64,000 nt of DNA, from IMG/VR virus record IMGVR_UViG_3300012983_000001, positions 96,001-160,000 of that record. One strand, written 5' to 3'. The DNA comes from a virus (Duplodnaviria > Caudoviricetes). Made by a program: the position numbers and the translations under genes. This document shows positions 1 through 10,061 of the stretch, piece after piece. The first letter of the stretch is position 1. Each line of letters opens with the position of its first letter. The notes under the pieces were generated by a model that worked only from the letters and a program-made list of their open reading frames with translations, did not search any database and was not told where the DNA came from.

Positions 1-996
1 AACACCAAAGAATGTTGCACTTTGATTTTCACAGTACTTTTCTGCCATAGCTAAGAACTCTTCGATTTCAGTATAGTCGTAAGTATCGTCGGTTGTACTG
101 CGGTGTGCTTCGTATACTGTGCCGAAGATTTCAAAAGCTTTTTCTTGAGTCATCTCGGACAACGGACCCTTTTCGGCTTTATTAGTGAAGATACTGGAAA
201 TCGTATAGTCATTGATTTCACCACTGGAAGTAGTACTTTGGAATACTGGTTCGTATCTGATATCTTTGAATTGCAGGACACCAATGGCTTCGTCATATGG
301 ATTTCTCATAGAGCTAACAAATTGTTGTATATTACGACTACCGCCAGACGCTTCCAGAGTTGCATCGACTAATATATGTTTAGGCCAGAAGCTATCGTCG
401 TCTGCCGTTGGAGCCATCATCCAATCGTCAATCATGTTAGGTTGTACATAACGACCAAAGATTTCATAGTAATTTAATTCGTGCTCTAGTACTTCACGGT
501 CCAGTACTTCGATTGTGCTTTCATCTTTGGTTTTAGTTACTACGTAATCTACTGCGTCTAAGTACAGGTTACCAACATATCCTGTGCCGTCTGTGTATTC
601 AATCATCTTTGGAACTTCTGCTTTGTCGATAACCAAAACGTCTTTAGTGTCTTGAACATTTTTTATTTCGACATGCGCTTCTGGATACCAGTTAACGTAC
701 ATACGACCTAACTGTCCCTTGTATCCTTCTTCGTCTTCGTATAAAACAGACCCAGGAAACAAGTCATCGTCGTTGATTGCTTGATTGAACAAATATCTGT
801 ATGTTTCTTCTACACGATGGTCAATCGTGTTTCTTGGAGCTTCGGACGTTAAAACTTTCTCTGCGTCTGTTGCGGTTGGATTATAATAATACGCCAAATT
901 AACGGCGTTCTTCGGAACGCACTTGCCTATCCGAAGGGTTGGTTCCTTCGGATGGCCTGTAACGTTATTTCTAAAAGCTCTTGTTGCTTTAAACAT
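1..996 (-). CDS. Partial CDS (3' end runs off the window), probable virion/baseplate structural protein
   Basis: Absent from the ORF track because it is truncated. ATG at 996 follows an AGGTGGTG RBS directly after the 1890-aa gene stop. Reads MFKATRAFRNNVTGHPKEPTLRIGKCVPKNAVNLAYYYNP... and is in frame at base 1 (...EFLAMAEKYCENQSATFFGV). Confidence 0.75.
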   Translation of the reverse strand, partial: MFKATRAFRNNVTGHPKEPTLRIGKCVPKNAVNLAYYYNPTATDAEKVLTSEAPRNTIDHRVEETYRYLFNQAINDDDLFPGSVLYEDEEGYKGQLGRMYVNWYPEAHVEIKNVQDTKDVLVIDKAEVPKMIEYTDGTGYVGNLYLDAVDYVVTKTKDESTIEVLDREVLEHELNYYEIFGRYVQPNMIDDWMMAPTADDDSFWPKHILVDATLEASGGSRNIQQFVSSMRNPYDEAIGVLQFKDIRYEPVFQSTTSSGEINDYTISSIFTNKAEKGPLSEMTQEKAFEIFGTVYEAHRSTTDDTYDYTEIEEFLAMAEKYCENQSATFFGV

Positions 997-1007
997 GTTT
1001 ACACCAC

Positions 1008-4000
1008 CTATTCATTAATAATAGAAATGGACTGTTCGATAACTTTCTTGTCATCAGTCAATACTCGTGCTGTTAATTTATCGGTACACTTAATATATGC
1101 AGACTCATATACCAAATGTACAACGCCATTGATATCCGTTTCATAACTGTCACAAGTAAGTATACCATATTCACAGTCTATAGCAACATCTTTTGATACA
1201 ACAGGATTACCGTGTACATCAAGTACTTCGATTGCCACGTCAGTACTGTCATATCCTCCAGCTCGCAATCTTAATGGATTACAATGGATAATAATCTCGT
1301 ATGGTTCTGTGTGTTCGTCAGTCAGGTAAATGAAGCCTTTATAATCCGTTCTGTAAATCGGATTGAGGCTTAAATCTTGTGCAATAAACTTGTTGTTCAT
1401 TGTACTGGTCTCAAAGAATACCTTACATTTCTCTGGCACAGGAATGCCTTCACCTGGATGCAGGTAAATCGTTGTAGTATTATTTGGTCTGTCTATTACT
1501 GCAATAAAGCTGCGTACCAGACAGTATTCTACTTTAACGATATGACCTGGTTCGATGAAATCATTGAAGATAACTAAGTGATTAACTACTCTGTAGTAGT
1601 CTGTGTCTAATTCTTCGTCGTCAATGTATACCTTAAAGCGTGTATCATAACGATTGGTTTTTAATTCAAGATACTTAGTTAATTCTTCAATCGGATAACT
1701 ATCTTCCTGCACAAATGAAGTAGTATCGTGTAATTCAATATAAGAGTTACCCTCGGTATCTTCGACTGTGATTGGGCAGAATTGCTGAGGAGTACCGATG
1801 ATATTGATAACATCAAACTCACCAGTTATATCTGGCTCAACAAAGATATAAGGCGTATTCTTAATTACAATACTTACATCAACACTGGATTTTGCATTTA
1901 CAGGAGTAGATAAGTACGATACAGGATAACGTCCATTAAGACCAGCATTATAATCAATAGTAATGTCATCACTAGTACAGCGTATCTTTACGTATTCGAT
2001 TTCCTGTTCAGTGTATCCTTTATCCAGTACATCGGAACCGATTACATCAATAACTCTTTCGAATATTGTATGTGGGTTACCGTCTCGCGGAATAGTAAAT
2101 GCTTCTGTATTGATGAAGTTTGTTACTACATCGTAAGCCTTGAATTCACCTGTCATAGAAATGCCAGTTATATAAGGTAATAACTCTTTGGTTTGTAATG
2201 TCTGTGTCTTTTTGTGTAACCAGTATACCTTTTCACCATAAGGAATAACTATCTTATATCTGAAATATCTACCAGTAAATTCTTTACTTGGAGTTTCTGT
2301 AATGTCTGTCCATTTGATATTCTCAAGCAACAGATTATCGGCAGTATTCGAAGAATATCCGATATACAGACGAGCTCCTTGAGTATACTTTGTATCAAAC
2401 AAGTCAAGCGCTAATGTAGTTTCACAACCATAATCTATAACTTTAGACACATAGATGCCGTCACCTTTTTCTGGCCCTGCTATCATGTGGTCTGTAATGG
2501 TAACGATATTGATTGTGTTGGACTCATCCATATCGTCTTTCCAGTCCAGGTAACAACACATATAATCCTCTAAGAACATTTCATTCTGTTGTACCGACGC
2601 CTGTAAGATAAATTTTACTTGATAAGCACAACTTAATGGGACGTCTGGAATGGTATTGTTACTAAATGGAGTCCAATCGGACCACTTACCTTCTGCGGTA
2701 ACATAACTACGTACTTCCATTACCAATGAAGACACTCCATCTTCGAAGTAATAATCAACGTTCAATCGTCCTGCATCTGTTAATGTATTCGGGAACAGGA
2801 TAATTGGTGAGTAATATGTATGAGCTAAATATTCACGATAATATACGCCTTCGATGTGTGGTCGAATTGTTAATCCCTTATCGTCTATCCATTGGAATTT
2901 GGTTTCGTCTTGCAGTAATTCAGAGCGAGTATCTTTTGTAATAGAATAGGACTCTTCTTTGGCGGCCTTATGTCGCAGCTGCACATCAAAAGTTACATAA
3001 CCGTTAATGGTTTTGTAATTAGACTCTTCGTAAGTATCGAAGTTTGCTTGAACATCGAATTCACTATAAGCAAAATATTCGTGCTGGTTAAGATAGTAAT
3101 AACCGTTGTGAATACGTGGAGCCCATTGAGATGTTGCATTAACCACGCCCTTGAATGCTACACCAACTGTGGCAACGCCATCTTCGTTAAAAGTAATTTC
3201 TGTAGGATATCGCATCGCTAATACGTCTGCATTATCGGTGCTAACTTTGAGATAATAATTCTTATAGCGATTAACAGTAGACGGCATTGGTAATTCGTAT
3301 ATTTTTTCTGTGGTCTTATTATCTATTACTTCTTGATGCTCTACGTTAATGGTAGAAATCATGTCATGATACTCAACATCTTTATAGGTTAAGCTATCTG
3401 AGCTAAAGGTTACGTAATCTCCGTTAACCTGTGTAATACCGTCCTTATTGTTCCAAGGATTTTCCCACTTATAAGACACCAGTGCTGTATCTGGATAGAA
3501 TTCTGTAATCATGATGTAAATCTTAATGGTATCTTTATGGATTGTTGTTGGTATATTAAATTGTGGAGTATCTACGACAAGGTCATATCTGCCATCCTGA
3601 TTATCAGAACGATATCTGCCATTTACCATGCCATAAAATGTATTCATACCACGACCAGGTAATTCGTCATAGTATTCTTGACGCTTTTTCATAGGTTTTG
3701 CCATGAACCAAAGATAATCGTCAATATACCAACAGTTATCTGAACCGTGTTTCCATTGCATTTGAGTCCACTGATACAGGTTCTCTGTTAATGGCATATG
3801 CGCAGAACTTGTGGTTGCTAATGGGTCATCACCAAATATTTCAACATAGTTGTTCTTGTTAGTGATATAAACGTTCTTTGCATAGTACACACGCAGGAAC
3901 ACGATATTCGGATAATTACTGTTTGGATTGCATGTTGGCAATATCTCTTTGATAGGCGTTTTGGCATCAGGGTCTTCTAAGTTAAATCTGTAATTTAACA

Positions 4001-6680
4001 CAGGAGACTGATAATGTTCATCAATTGTAGCAATTAAGTCTTGTGTAATACCTTGTAAAATAACTTCATCGCCTTCTTTTGCTAAGCCAGAGTATCCCAC
4101 AAGCTCAATATCTTCGCCTTTTTCAATGAGCTTAATCATAGATGTTACTTTATCGGCTCTTCCTGTATATCTGCTATTTCGGTTTTTACGATTGCGCATT
4201 ACATCTCTGTATCCGCCAGATGCGCTTAATAAGATAACTGATGGTTGATTATATGCATTAAGTTCAGTTGTAACAAAATCCGTACCATCATATATAATAC
4301 CATCGGTATAACCGTCGATATAAACATAATTATCTCGTGAAACAAGATAGCAGTCGTCACCATAAGGATTGGTACCAACAGTATCAAGGTCTGTATAAAC
4401 ATTGACAGAACCATTTAAACCGTCTTCAAGGTCAGACTCATCAAAGTATCTACTAGTCATTACGTCTTCATCAGCATAATGATATGTATCTTTGATGTGC
4501 AGGTTTTGAATCAGATAATCACCATCTTCTGTAGTAATCGGTTGATTGTATCCTGCTTGCCACTCTGGACTATTCTGAGCAGCTTCCAAGAGTAAATCAT
4601 ATACACTAACATCAGACATAAGTTGTGTATGTGCTGGAATAATATCTTGTTTGTTTATAACGGCACGTTTTTCTTTTTGACTGAAGTATACGTCTGTAAC
4701 ATTTTCGCTAAATGTGAATGGACCAATAAGGTCTGTTTCAATTAAAACTGCCTTAACCGAATCCAGACTATAAGGCTGTTCTATGGTAACGACCTCAGAT
4801 TCGTGACCAGTCATGACATCTTCACCAGGGACCGTTCTAGTGAATTGTTTGATGTAATCTAAGAAAACCTTTTCAATTTCTTCTTTATCATTCCAGGTTA
4901 ATATTCCACCTTCAGATGCTACAGCTTCTTGACACGCAGCAATGTATTCTGCGTGATAACCAGATGGACCACCACTAGTGGAACGGTCTAAATAGTCTCC
5001 GCCACCATAATTAGAAATCAAACACGCAACTTTTTCACATATAGCAGGGTCTTTTAATGCGTTAGCATAGATTTTTAAGTCCTCTAAAAGACCTTGTTCA
5101 TTCCAGTACCAATTTGCCCCAGGGATTGGGTCTGTACCAGGCCATGGTTGGTTCCATCCGTTGTTGTTAATACCATCAAATTTATGATTAGGAAAACCGT
5201 CTGAGAAAAAGTATGTAACAAATTTACCTTCTTCATCGGAATTAACAATCGCTTGCTTTGCAGCATGTAATGCTCTACTCCAGTTTGTACTACCGCCATT
5301 AATATTCATTGCCTCTACAAGCGCTTTGGCTTTTTCTGCTGTGACAAACGATTGGCCATGTTCCCGAAAACAAAGGTCTGTTGCTTCTGCTGCAAATTCG
5401 ATAATACAATATTTTACTTGAGTGTCTCCTCTGTGTTCTTCTATTCTATCTATACAAGCATACACTGCATCTTTCATTACTTGTCTACCATCACCAAATG
5501 GCAGAGTGCGTAAAGAATTTGTTTTATCAAGCACAAAAACAACATTCAATGGATTACCATAGAATTCTTCAATGTCTTCACCCTTTTCCCATACTTCTTT
5601 CTGAGTGGTAATCTCAATAGTTTCTGTTTCTTCGATTTCTTTACGAAGGAAGATAGTAGCATACAACTTAGCATATACATCTACTGGTTGGGTACCATAC
5701 ATGTATTGACTAACTGTAATTTCTTCTCGCGGATACGCATCTACGCTAAAAGTAACTTCGCCTTCTTGGTCTTCTACTGTTTCTTCTGCTTCCAGACAGA
5801 TTTTATAGTTAAAGCCGACTTGGTCATAACGTTTTTCTCTTTCAACACGTCGGCCTGTGATTTCAAAATAGGTTTTAAACTTCTGATAGAAGTTAGCATC
5901 CATTTGCTTATAAACCTTCAGGTCGTTGCCGTCACCAATGCCAGAATGGAATGCTGGCAGGTTCTCTTCAATGATTTCTCTTTCAGTATCATCTGTAGTG
6001 AAATCATAGTTCTTTGGAGTATTATATTCTTCAAGAGAAACAGATGTGTTGACAGTTTCAGTCATGACTGTGACGCTTGCAGAAGGAGTGGATGTCTGTT
6101 CATCTGTATAGTTAATCAACCGTCTGGTATAAGGCGTGTTTGGCTCCAGCCCTGTTTCTGTATATGAAGTAGCACCGATAGGAAGCTGAGCAATGATTTT
6201 GCTCTGGTCCGCTTCGTTATATGGGTCGATAGCTTCTTCAATCAAATAATGAGCGTACTGCTCGTCCTCAGGCCATGACCAGATAATAGTTGTACTATCA
6301 TAGGCAACGCCAACTAAAGTAGGAGACTGTAACGCATCATGTTTTGGGTATACATAACATTTGATAATAGGCTTTAATGAGAAAGAATTATCGTCACCTT
6401 CGGATTCAAAGAACACATCGGTTCTATCTGTTAGTGAGACAATTTCAAACTCATCTACTTCGACAGAAGACTTATCAATGCCTAATGCAGTACAATAGGC
6501 ATTGACTTCATCTTCGAACATGTCAAGAATGTACACGCCTTTAGACAGAACATGATAATTATTATACAGTAAAGCATCAGTTGCTGGTGACACTTCTGCT
6601 TCAAATGTTTTATTGAATTTACTTGTGCTATCATCTGTTAAGTTAACGATAGTAACAACGATGTTATACTGAATTATCAT
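1008..6680 (-). CDS. Large baseplate/virion structural protein with FN3, vWA and C-terminal Ig-like domains (1890 aa)
   Basis: FN3-like TIIWSWP...TSYTETGLEPNTPYTRRL; vWA MIDAS-like VVFVLDKTNS...GGSTNWSRAL...YFFSDGFPN; Big_1-like VLDVHGNPV...TDINGVVHLVY; lies in the baseplate cluster. Confidence 0.7.
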   Translation of the reverse strand: MIIQYNIVVTIVNLTDDSTSKFNKTFEAEVSPATDALLYNNYHVLSKGVYILDMFEDEVNAYCTALGIDKSSVEVDEFEIVSLTDRTDVFFESEGDDNSFSLKPIIKCYVYPKHDALQSPTLVGVAYDSTTIIWSWPEDEQYAHYLIEEAIDPYNEADQSKIIAQLPIGATSYTETGLEPNTPYTRRLINYTDEQTSTPSASVTVMTETVNTSVSLEEYNTPKNYDFTTDDTEREIIEENLPAFHSGIGDGNDLKVYKQMDANFYQKFKTYFEITGRRVEREKRYDQVGFNYKICLEAEETVEDQEGEVTFSVDAYPREEITVSQYMYGTQPVDVYAKLYATIFLRKEIEETETIEITTQKEVWEKGEDIEEFYGNPLNVVFVLDKTNSLRTLPFGDGRQVMKDAVYACIDRIEEHRGDTQVKYCIIEFAAEATDLCFREHGQSFVTAEKAKALVEAMNINGGSTNWSRALHAAKQAIVNSDEEGKFVTYFFSDGFPNHKFDGINNNGWNQPWPGTDPIPGANWYWNEQGLLEDLKIYANALKDPAICEKVACLISNYGGGDYLDRSTSGGPSGYHAEYIAACQEAVASEGGILTWNDKEEIEKVFLDYIKQFTRTVPGEDVMTGHESEVVTIEQPYSLDSVKAVLIETDLIGPFTFSENVTDVYFSQKEKRAVINKQDIIPAHTQLMSDVSVYDLLLEAAQNSPEWQAGYNQPITTEDGDYLIQNLHIKDTYHYADEDVMTSRYFDESDLEDGLNGSVNVYTDLDTVGTNPYGDDCYLVSRDNYVYIDGYTDGIIYDGTDFVTTELNAYNQPSVILLSASGGYRDVMRNRKNRNSRYTGRADKVTSMIKLIEKGEDIELVGYSGLAKEGDEVILQGITQDLIATIDEHYQSPVLNYRFNLEDPDAKTPIKEILPTCNPNSNYPNIVFLRVYYAKNVYITNKNNYVEIFGDDPLATTSSAHMPLTENLYQWTQMQWKHGSDNCWYIDDYLWFMAKPMKKRQEYYDELPGRGMNTFYGMVNGRYRSDNQDGRYDLVVDTPQFNIPTTIHKDTIKIYIMITEFYPDTALVSYKWENPWNNKDGITQVNGDYVTFSSDSLTYKDVEYHDMISTINVEHQEVIDNKTTEKIYELPMPSTVNRYKNYYLKVSTDNADVLAMRYPTEITFNEDGVATVGVAFKGVVNATSQWAPRIHNGYYYLNQHEYFAYSEFDVQANFDTYEESNYKTINGYVTFDVQLRHKAAKEESYSITKDTRSELLQDETKFQWIDDKGLTIRPHIEGVYYREYLAHTYYSPIILFPNTLTDAGRLNVDYYFEDGVSSLVMEVRSYVTAEGKWSDWTPFSNNTIPDVPLSCAYQVKFILQASVQQNEMFLEDYMCCYLDWKDDMDESNTINIVTITDHMIAGPEKGDGIYVSKVIDYGCETTLALDLFDTKYTQGARLYIGYSSNTADNLLLENIKWTDITETPSKEFTGRYFRYKIVIPYGEKVYWLHKKTQTLQTKELLPYITGISMTGEFKAYDVVTNFINTEAFTIPRDGNPHTIFERVIDVIGSDVLDKGYTEQEIEYVKIRCTSDDITIDYNAGLNGRYPVSYLSTPVNAKSSVDVSIVIKNTPYIFVEPDITGEFDVINIIGTPQQFCPITVEDTEGNSYIELHDTTSFVQEDSYPIEELTKYLELKTNRYDTRFKVYIDDEELDTDYYRVVNHLVIFNDFIEPGHIVKVEYCLVRSFIAVIDRPNNTTTIYLHPGEGIPVPEKCKVFFETSTMNNKFIAQDLSLNPIYRTDYKGFIYLTDEHTEPYEIIIHCNPLRLRAGGYDSTDVAIEVLDVHGNPVVSKDVAIDCEYGILTCDSYETDINGVVHLVYESAYIKCTDKLTARVLTDDKKVIEQSISIINE

Positions 6681-6694
6681 TTTCTATCCCACCT

Positions 6695-7012
6695 TTAATT
6701 TACTGCGTAATTGCCATTTGTAGTAATGTAGTAACCGTTAGACAACTTATAGAACTTGCCAAATATAACGGTGTCGATTTCCTGTACGATTTCATAAGCA
6801 ACGCCGATAGGCATCTTGCCAACGATATACTTGGTTTCCATAGTCGGCATACTTCTAAAGGATGCGGCGCTTTTTGCAATAACAGTACGACGCTTAATTG
6901 GTTCTGGTTTTGCCTCGGTAACTTTTACTAGTTCAGGAGTTACGCCCTCTACCTTTACAGGAGCTACCACTTCCTCAAGATTAGTTGTTGTGGATGTTTG
7001 TTTCTTCGCCAT
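6695..7012 (-). CDS. Small protein with a C-terminal SH3-like domain
   Basis: Start moved to MAKKQ (ATG 7012, GAGGAGG RBS). C-terminal ASFRSMPTMETKYIVGKMPIGVAYEIV...FYKLSNGYYI resembles SH3b. Confidence 0.5.
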   Translation of the reverse strand: MAKKQTSTTTNLEEVVAPVKVEGVTPELVKVTEAKPEPIKRRTVIAKSAASFRSMPTMETKYIVGKMPIGVAYEIVQEIDTVIFGKFYKLSNGYYITTNGNYAVN

Positions 7013-8375
7013 TGTCTTCTTCCTCCTCATTATAGATTTTTGAGATATGAGCTTTCAACGTTGTTTCATTTATACATAACACTGTCCACTCAGTATCGTA
7101 TTGATTAGATAATCCTGATAACTTAGGGACAGTTACAATGTACGTTCCGTACTTTTGAAGCGCATTTACGGCTGTCAAAAAGTGGCTCCAATCTACAACC
7201 ATAACGTCTTCAAACTTCATGTAGTCTTCAAATACTTCGGTCAGGTCTTCTGTCTGATTATTGTATCTATTACTAATATACAATACTTTGAAGTCTAAGT
7301 CTACATAGTTTTTATATATTATTCCTTTTACGGGAAACTGTTGCTTGATTTTCTTAAACTCTATTGTATATGTAATAGTAAACCAGTTCCAGCCTTCTTT
7401 AGTTACATCATAAGAGTTAATTACACAATCTCGCCAGTTAAGCTTTATCCTATGACCACTAGGATATACTAGAAACACTACAACGTTGTTAGGGTCATAC
7501 GCATTGCCAACTTCGATTGGTAAACCTTCGTACCAAGCATTCAGCCATATTGTTTCATGTACCGTATAAGGTACTATCATAATGGCTTCCAACAATCTAT
7601 ATCCTATTCGGATATTACCTTCATTACCTTCAGTAACGACAGGTAAGTCTATAAAAAACCATTCATCTGACGTTAAGACTCTAGTTTCTGTAGTATCAAT
7701 CGCTATTAAAAACACACCTTCGGCTCTGACTTCTTCTGCAAAGATGCGGTCACCAAGAGTTTTAATTTCACCAATATAATTTGCTTCCAGTGAAAGCAGT
7801 TTAGGAATGCCGATAACAATAAACTCTAACGGCCACGAGGTTTTTGTCGCAGGGTCAATATAAACACCTGTTTTAAGATTTTCTCCAGTCTGTGTGATTT
7901 GACAGTATTCGAAAATACAATCCTGCGGGGATATATTTAATGTTGTACCATTACTCATTTCTGCCGTAATAAGCAAATCCTTTGGATTATATTCGTCTGT
8001 AATTTCAATATCCAGACCAGTATATATCGTTGTAATGCTAACGATAGAAGGCTGAAATGTAATTTCGTAATTGATACAGATTTCTTGAGTAACAACACCC
8101 TGAGTTGGGTCATTGATATCACGAGCATATGAGCCATATAGACTAATGACGCAAGGTCTTGAAATTGTCATAGCAATTATTCCACTTGCGTCACTATACT
8201 CTGTAATCAATGTTGTTAAGTCAGGCATCGTGCCATCGTATGTTATACCATATTGGATAGATAAGTTTTCGCCTTTACATTGTTCACCATTGTCATCATA
8301 GCCTCGGATAACAATAGTGAATACTTCTGTTTGGGTTAGCCATTTATCTACTGCTGGTGATATTACTAATGCCAT
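6981..8375 (-). CDS. Ig-like repeat structural protein (about three Big_3-like repeats, 464 aa)
   Basis: Three units of the type (I/L)xAxYxG..I.(V/L)G..(Y/F)....(L/V).V...; baseplate context. Confidence 0.55.
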   Translation of the reverse strand: MALVISPAVDKWLTQTEVFTIVIRGYDDNGEQCKGENLSIQYGITYDGTMPDLTTLITEYSDASGIIAMTISRPCVISLYGSYARDINDPTQGVVTQEICINYEITFQPSIVSITTIYTGLDIEITDEYNPKDLLITAEMSNGTTLNISPQDCIFEYCQITQTGENLKTGVYIDPATKTSWPLEFIVIGIPKLLSLEANYIGEIKTLGDRIFAEEVRAEGVFLIAIDTTETRVLTSDEWFFIDLPVVTEGNEGNIRIGYRLLEAIMIVPYTVHETIWLNAWYEGLPIEVGNAYDPNNVVVFLVYPSGHRIKLNWRDCVINSYDVTKEGWNWFTITYTIEFKKIKQQFPVKGIIYKNYVDLDFKVLYISNRYNNQTEDLTEVFEDYMKFEDVMVVDWSHFLTAVNALQKYGTYIVTVPKLSGLSNQYDTEWTVLCINETTLKAHISKIYNEEEEDNGEETNIHNN

Positions 8376-8379
8376 TTAA

Positions 8380-9489
8380 TCACCCCTTGTAATTCTTGAA
8401 TCCCTTAATAGAACCATCATAGAGATGAGGAATAAAACCTACACCTGAAACATTGGATTCATTCTGGTCCCAGTAATGTTCGTTCCAATGAAAGTGGTCC
8501 CAAAAGATAGGGGATTCAGAATTCAGAATATCAATGTATTGCTTTAATTTGCTCTTTGGTTTTCCTTCAACCGTAAAGAGTTCGTTATAAAGTTTGATGT
8601 CATCACGGTTATGAAGCTGATGCATTTCTAATCCGTATACATAGCTTATTTTACAGTTTTTACGGATTTTCTTATCGGTAAAACCTTTCAGCAATACTGT
8701 GCCAGCTGCTGTCAGGAATACTCTGGATTGGTCAATGTATTCACCGTCAACTGTAATAGAATTCAATACAATCATTGCATCTTCTAGTTCTAAATCTCTG
8801 TCTGGATTGGTCCAGATAATATTACGTCTGGTTGCCAGCTCACGTCCGATACCGTTAATAAGACCATCTCTGCTAGAGTTTGCTTTATTAGTGAATACAT
8901 CCATAATACGTTTCTTATATTCAATGTTAGGTTCTTCTGGTAATCGTGGACATGATACCAAAGCTCCAAGCTCATCGAAGAAATTCCATACTTGATGAGG
9001 AACAAGAGGACGAACATGTTCTGTTCCGTCTTTAAAGATAAGCTTGATTTTTCCATTATCGTTAATAGCATCGGCGTTAAATTTCTGTCTTACATAGATA
9101 ATATTACGCTTTTCGTCGGCATAGTAAAGCTCAAACGAATGCATATTAACATCACGAATACCATTCTGGTCAATACCAAAGAATTGTTTTAACGAATCAG
9201 CTTTGATAAGCGCAGTGTTATTTGCAAAGACAGATTGAAGTTCCGATACCTTCAGCGGCATCGGAACTATTGTCTTATAACAGAAATCGACTTGACTTAT
9301 GTCAGCTGTATTAATATAGCATTGACGGTAAGCATAGTCTATAACATATCTGGCATCATCTAATTCGAGACCACATATGTTTAAGAATCTTGCCCCGATA
9401 CTGTCCTCAGATTCTTTACGAATCTTGAACCAATGAGGCAATGCATTCAATATAGCATTTGTATGTCTAGCGAATGTTAAATCAGCCAT
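8380..9489 (-). CDS. Putative baseplate wedge subunit (369 aa)
   Basis: FDELGALVSCPRLPEEPNIEYKKRI...NSSRDGLINGIGREL matches the LDxxG..R..E.D..YR.RI signature of baseplate J/I-type wedge proteins. Confidence 0.55.
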   Translation of the reverse strand: MADLTFARHTNAILNALPHWFKIRKESEDSIGARFLNICGLELDDARYVIDYAYRQCYINTADISQVDFCYKTIVPMPLKVSELQSVFANNTALIKADSLKQFFGIDQNGIRDVNMHSFELYYADEKRNIIYVRQKFNADAINDNGKIKLIFKDGTEHVRPLVPHQVWNFFDELGALVSCPRLPEEPNIEYKKRIMDVFTNKANSSRDGLINGIGRELATRRNIIWTNPDRDLELEDAMIVLNSITVDGEYIDQSRVFLTAAGTVLLKGFTDKKIRKNCKISYVYGLEMHQLHNRDDIKLYNELFTVEGKPKSKLKQYIDILNSESPIFWDHFHWNEHYWDQNESNVSGVGFIPHLYDGSIKGFKNYKG

Positions 9490-9492
9490 ATA

Positions 9493-10044
9493 TTACGCCT
9501 CGCTTTCTTCTCCTGTTGTGATATCTGGAAGAACATTACCTAATGTGCTGGCAAGCAGCTTCTGATATTTTGCTATTAACTCAGTTATTGCAGTTTCTTT
9601 GGATGTAATAGTTGCCAAATGTGCGGCAATAGTTTCATTTTTCTTAGCGATTGTCGCCAGATGTTCTGTAATAGTAGCTTCTTTTTCAACAAGTGTTGTT
9701 CTAATAGAAGCAATCAATTGTTCTTTCTGAGCCAGCACTATTTCCATATGGCGAAGTCTTTCAATTTGATAATTTTCTTCATTGCCGATGAGAATAATTT
9801 TATATTGTTCTCCATCATCAACTGGTGGAGTTTTATAAGAGAAACCATCCCAAGATTCAGTCGATTCGTCATCAAGAACTTTTGTAATTACACTAGTATT
9901 ATTCATAAAGAGACTCTTAAGAGACACAAAATCTATTGCATCATAAGGAACCAAGATAACTGCTGTAAGAACATTAGTAGTTTCATCTCTTTCTGTGTAA
10001 GCATTATTTACTGCTAATTCAATTTCGTTTACGATTAAATACAT
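9493..10044 (-). CDS. Coiled-coil protein, possible tail-fibre chaperone
   Basis: Start moved to MYLIVN (10044, GAAAGGTG RBS). Follows the fibre gene; C-terminal 14-residue heptad repeats. Confidence 0.45.
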   Translation of the reverse strand: MYLIVNEIELAVNNAYTERDETTNVLTAVILVPYDAIDFVSLKSLFMNNTSVITKVLDDESTESWDGFSYKTPPVDDGEQYKIILIGNEENYQIERLRHMEIVLAQKEQLIASIRTTLVEKEATITEHLATIAKKNETIAAHLATITSKETAITELIAKYQKLLASTLGNVLPDITTGEESEA

Positions 10045-10061
10045 AAATTCACCTTTCCTTT

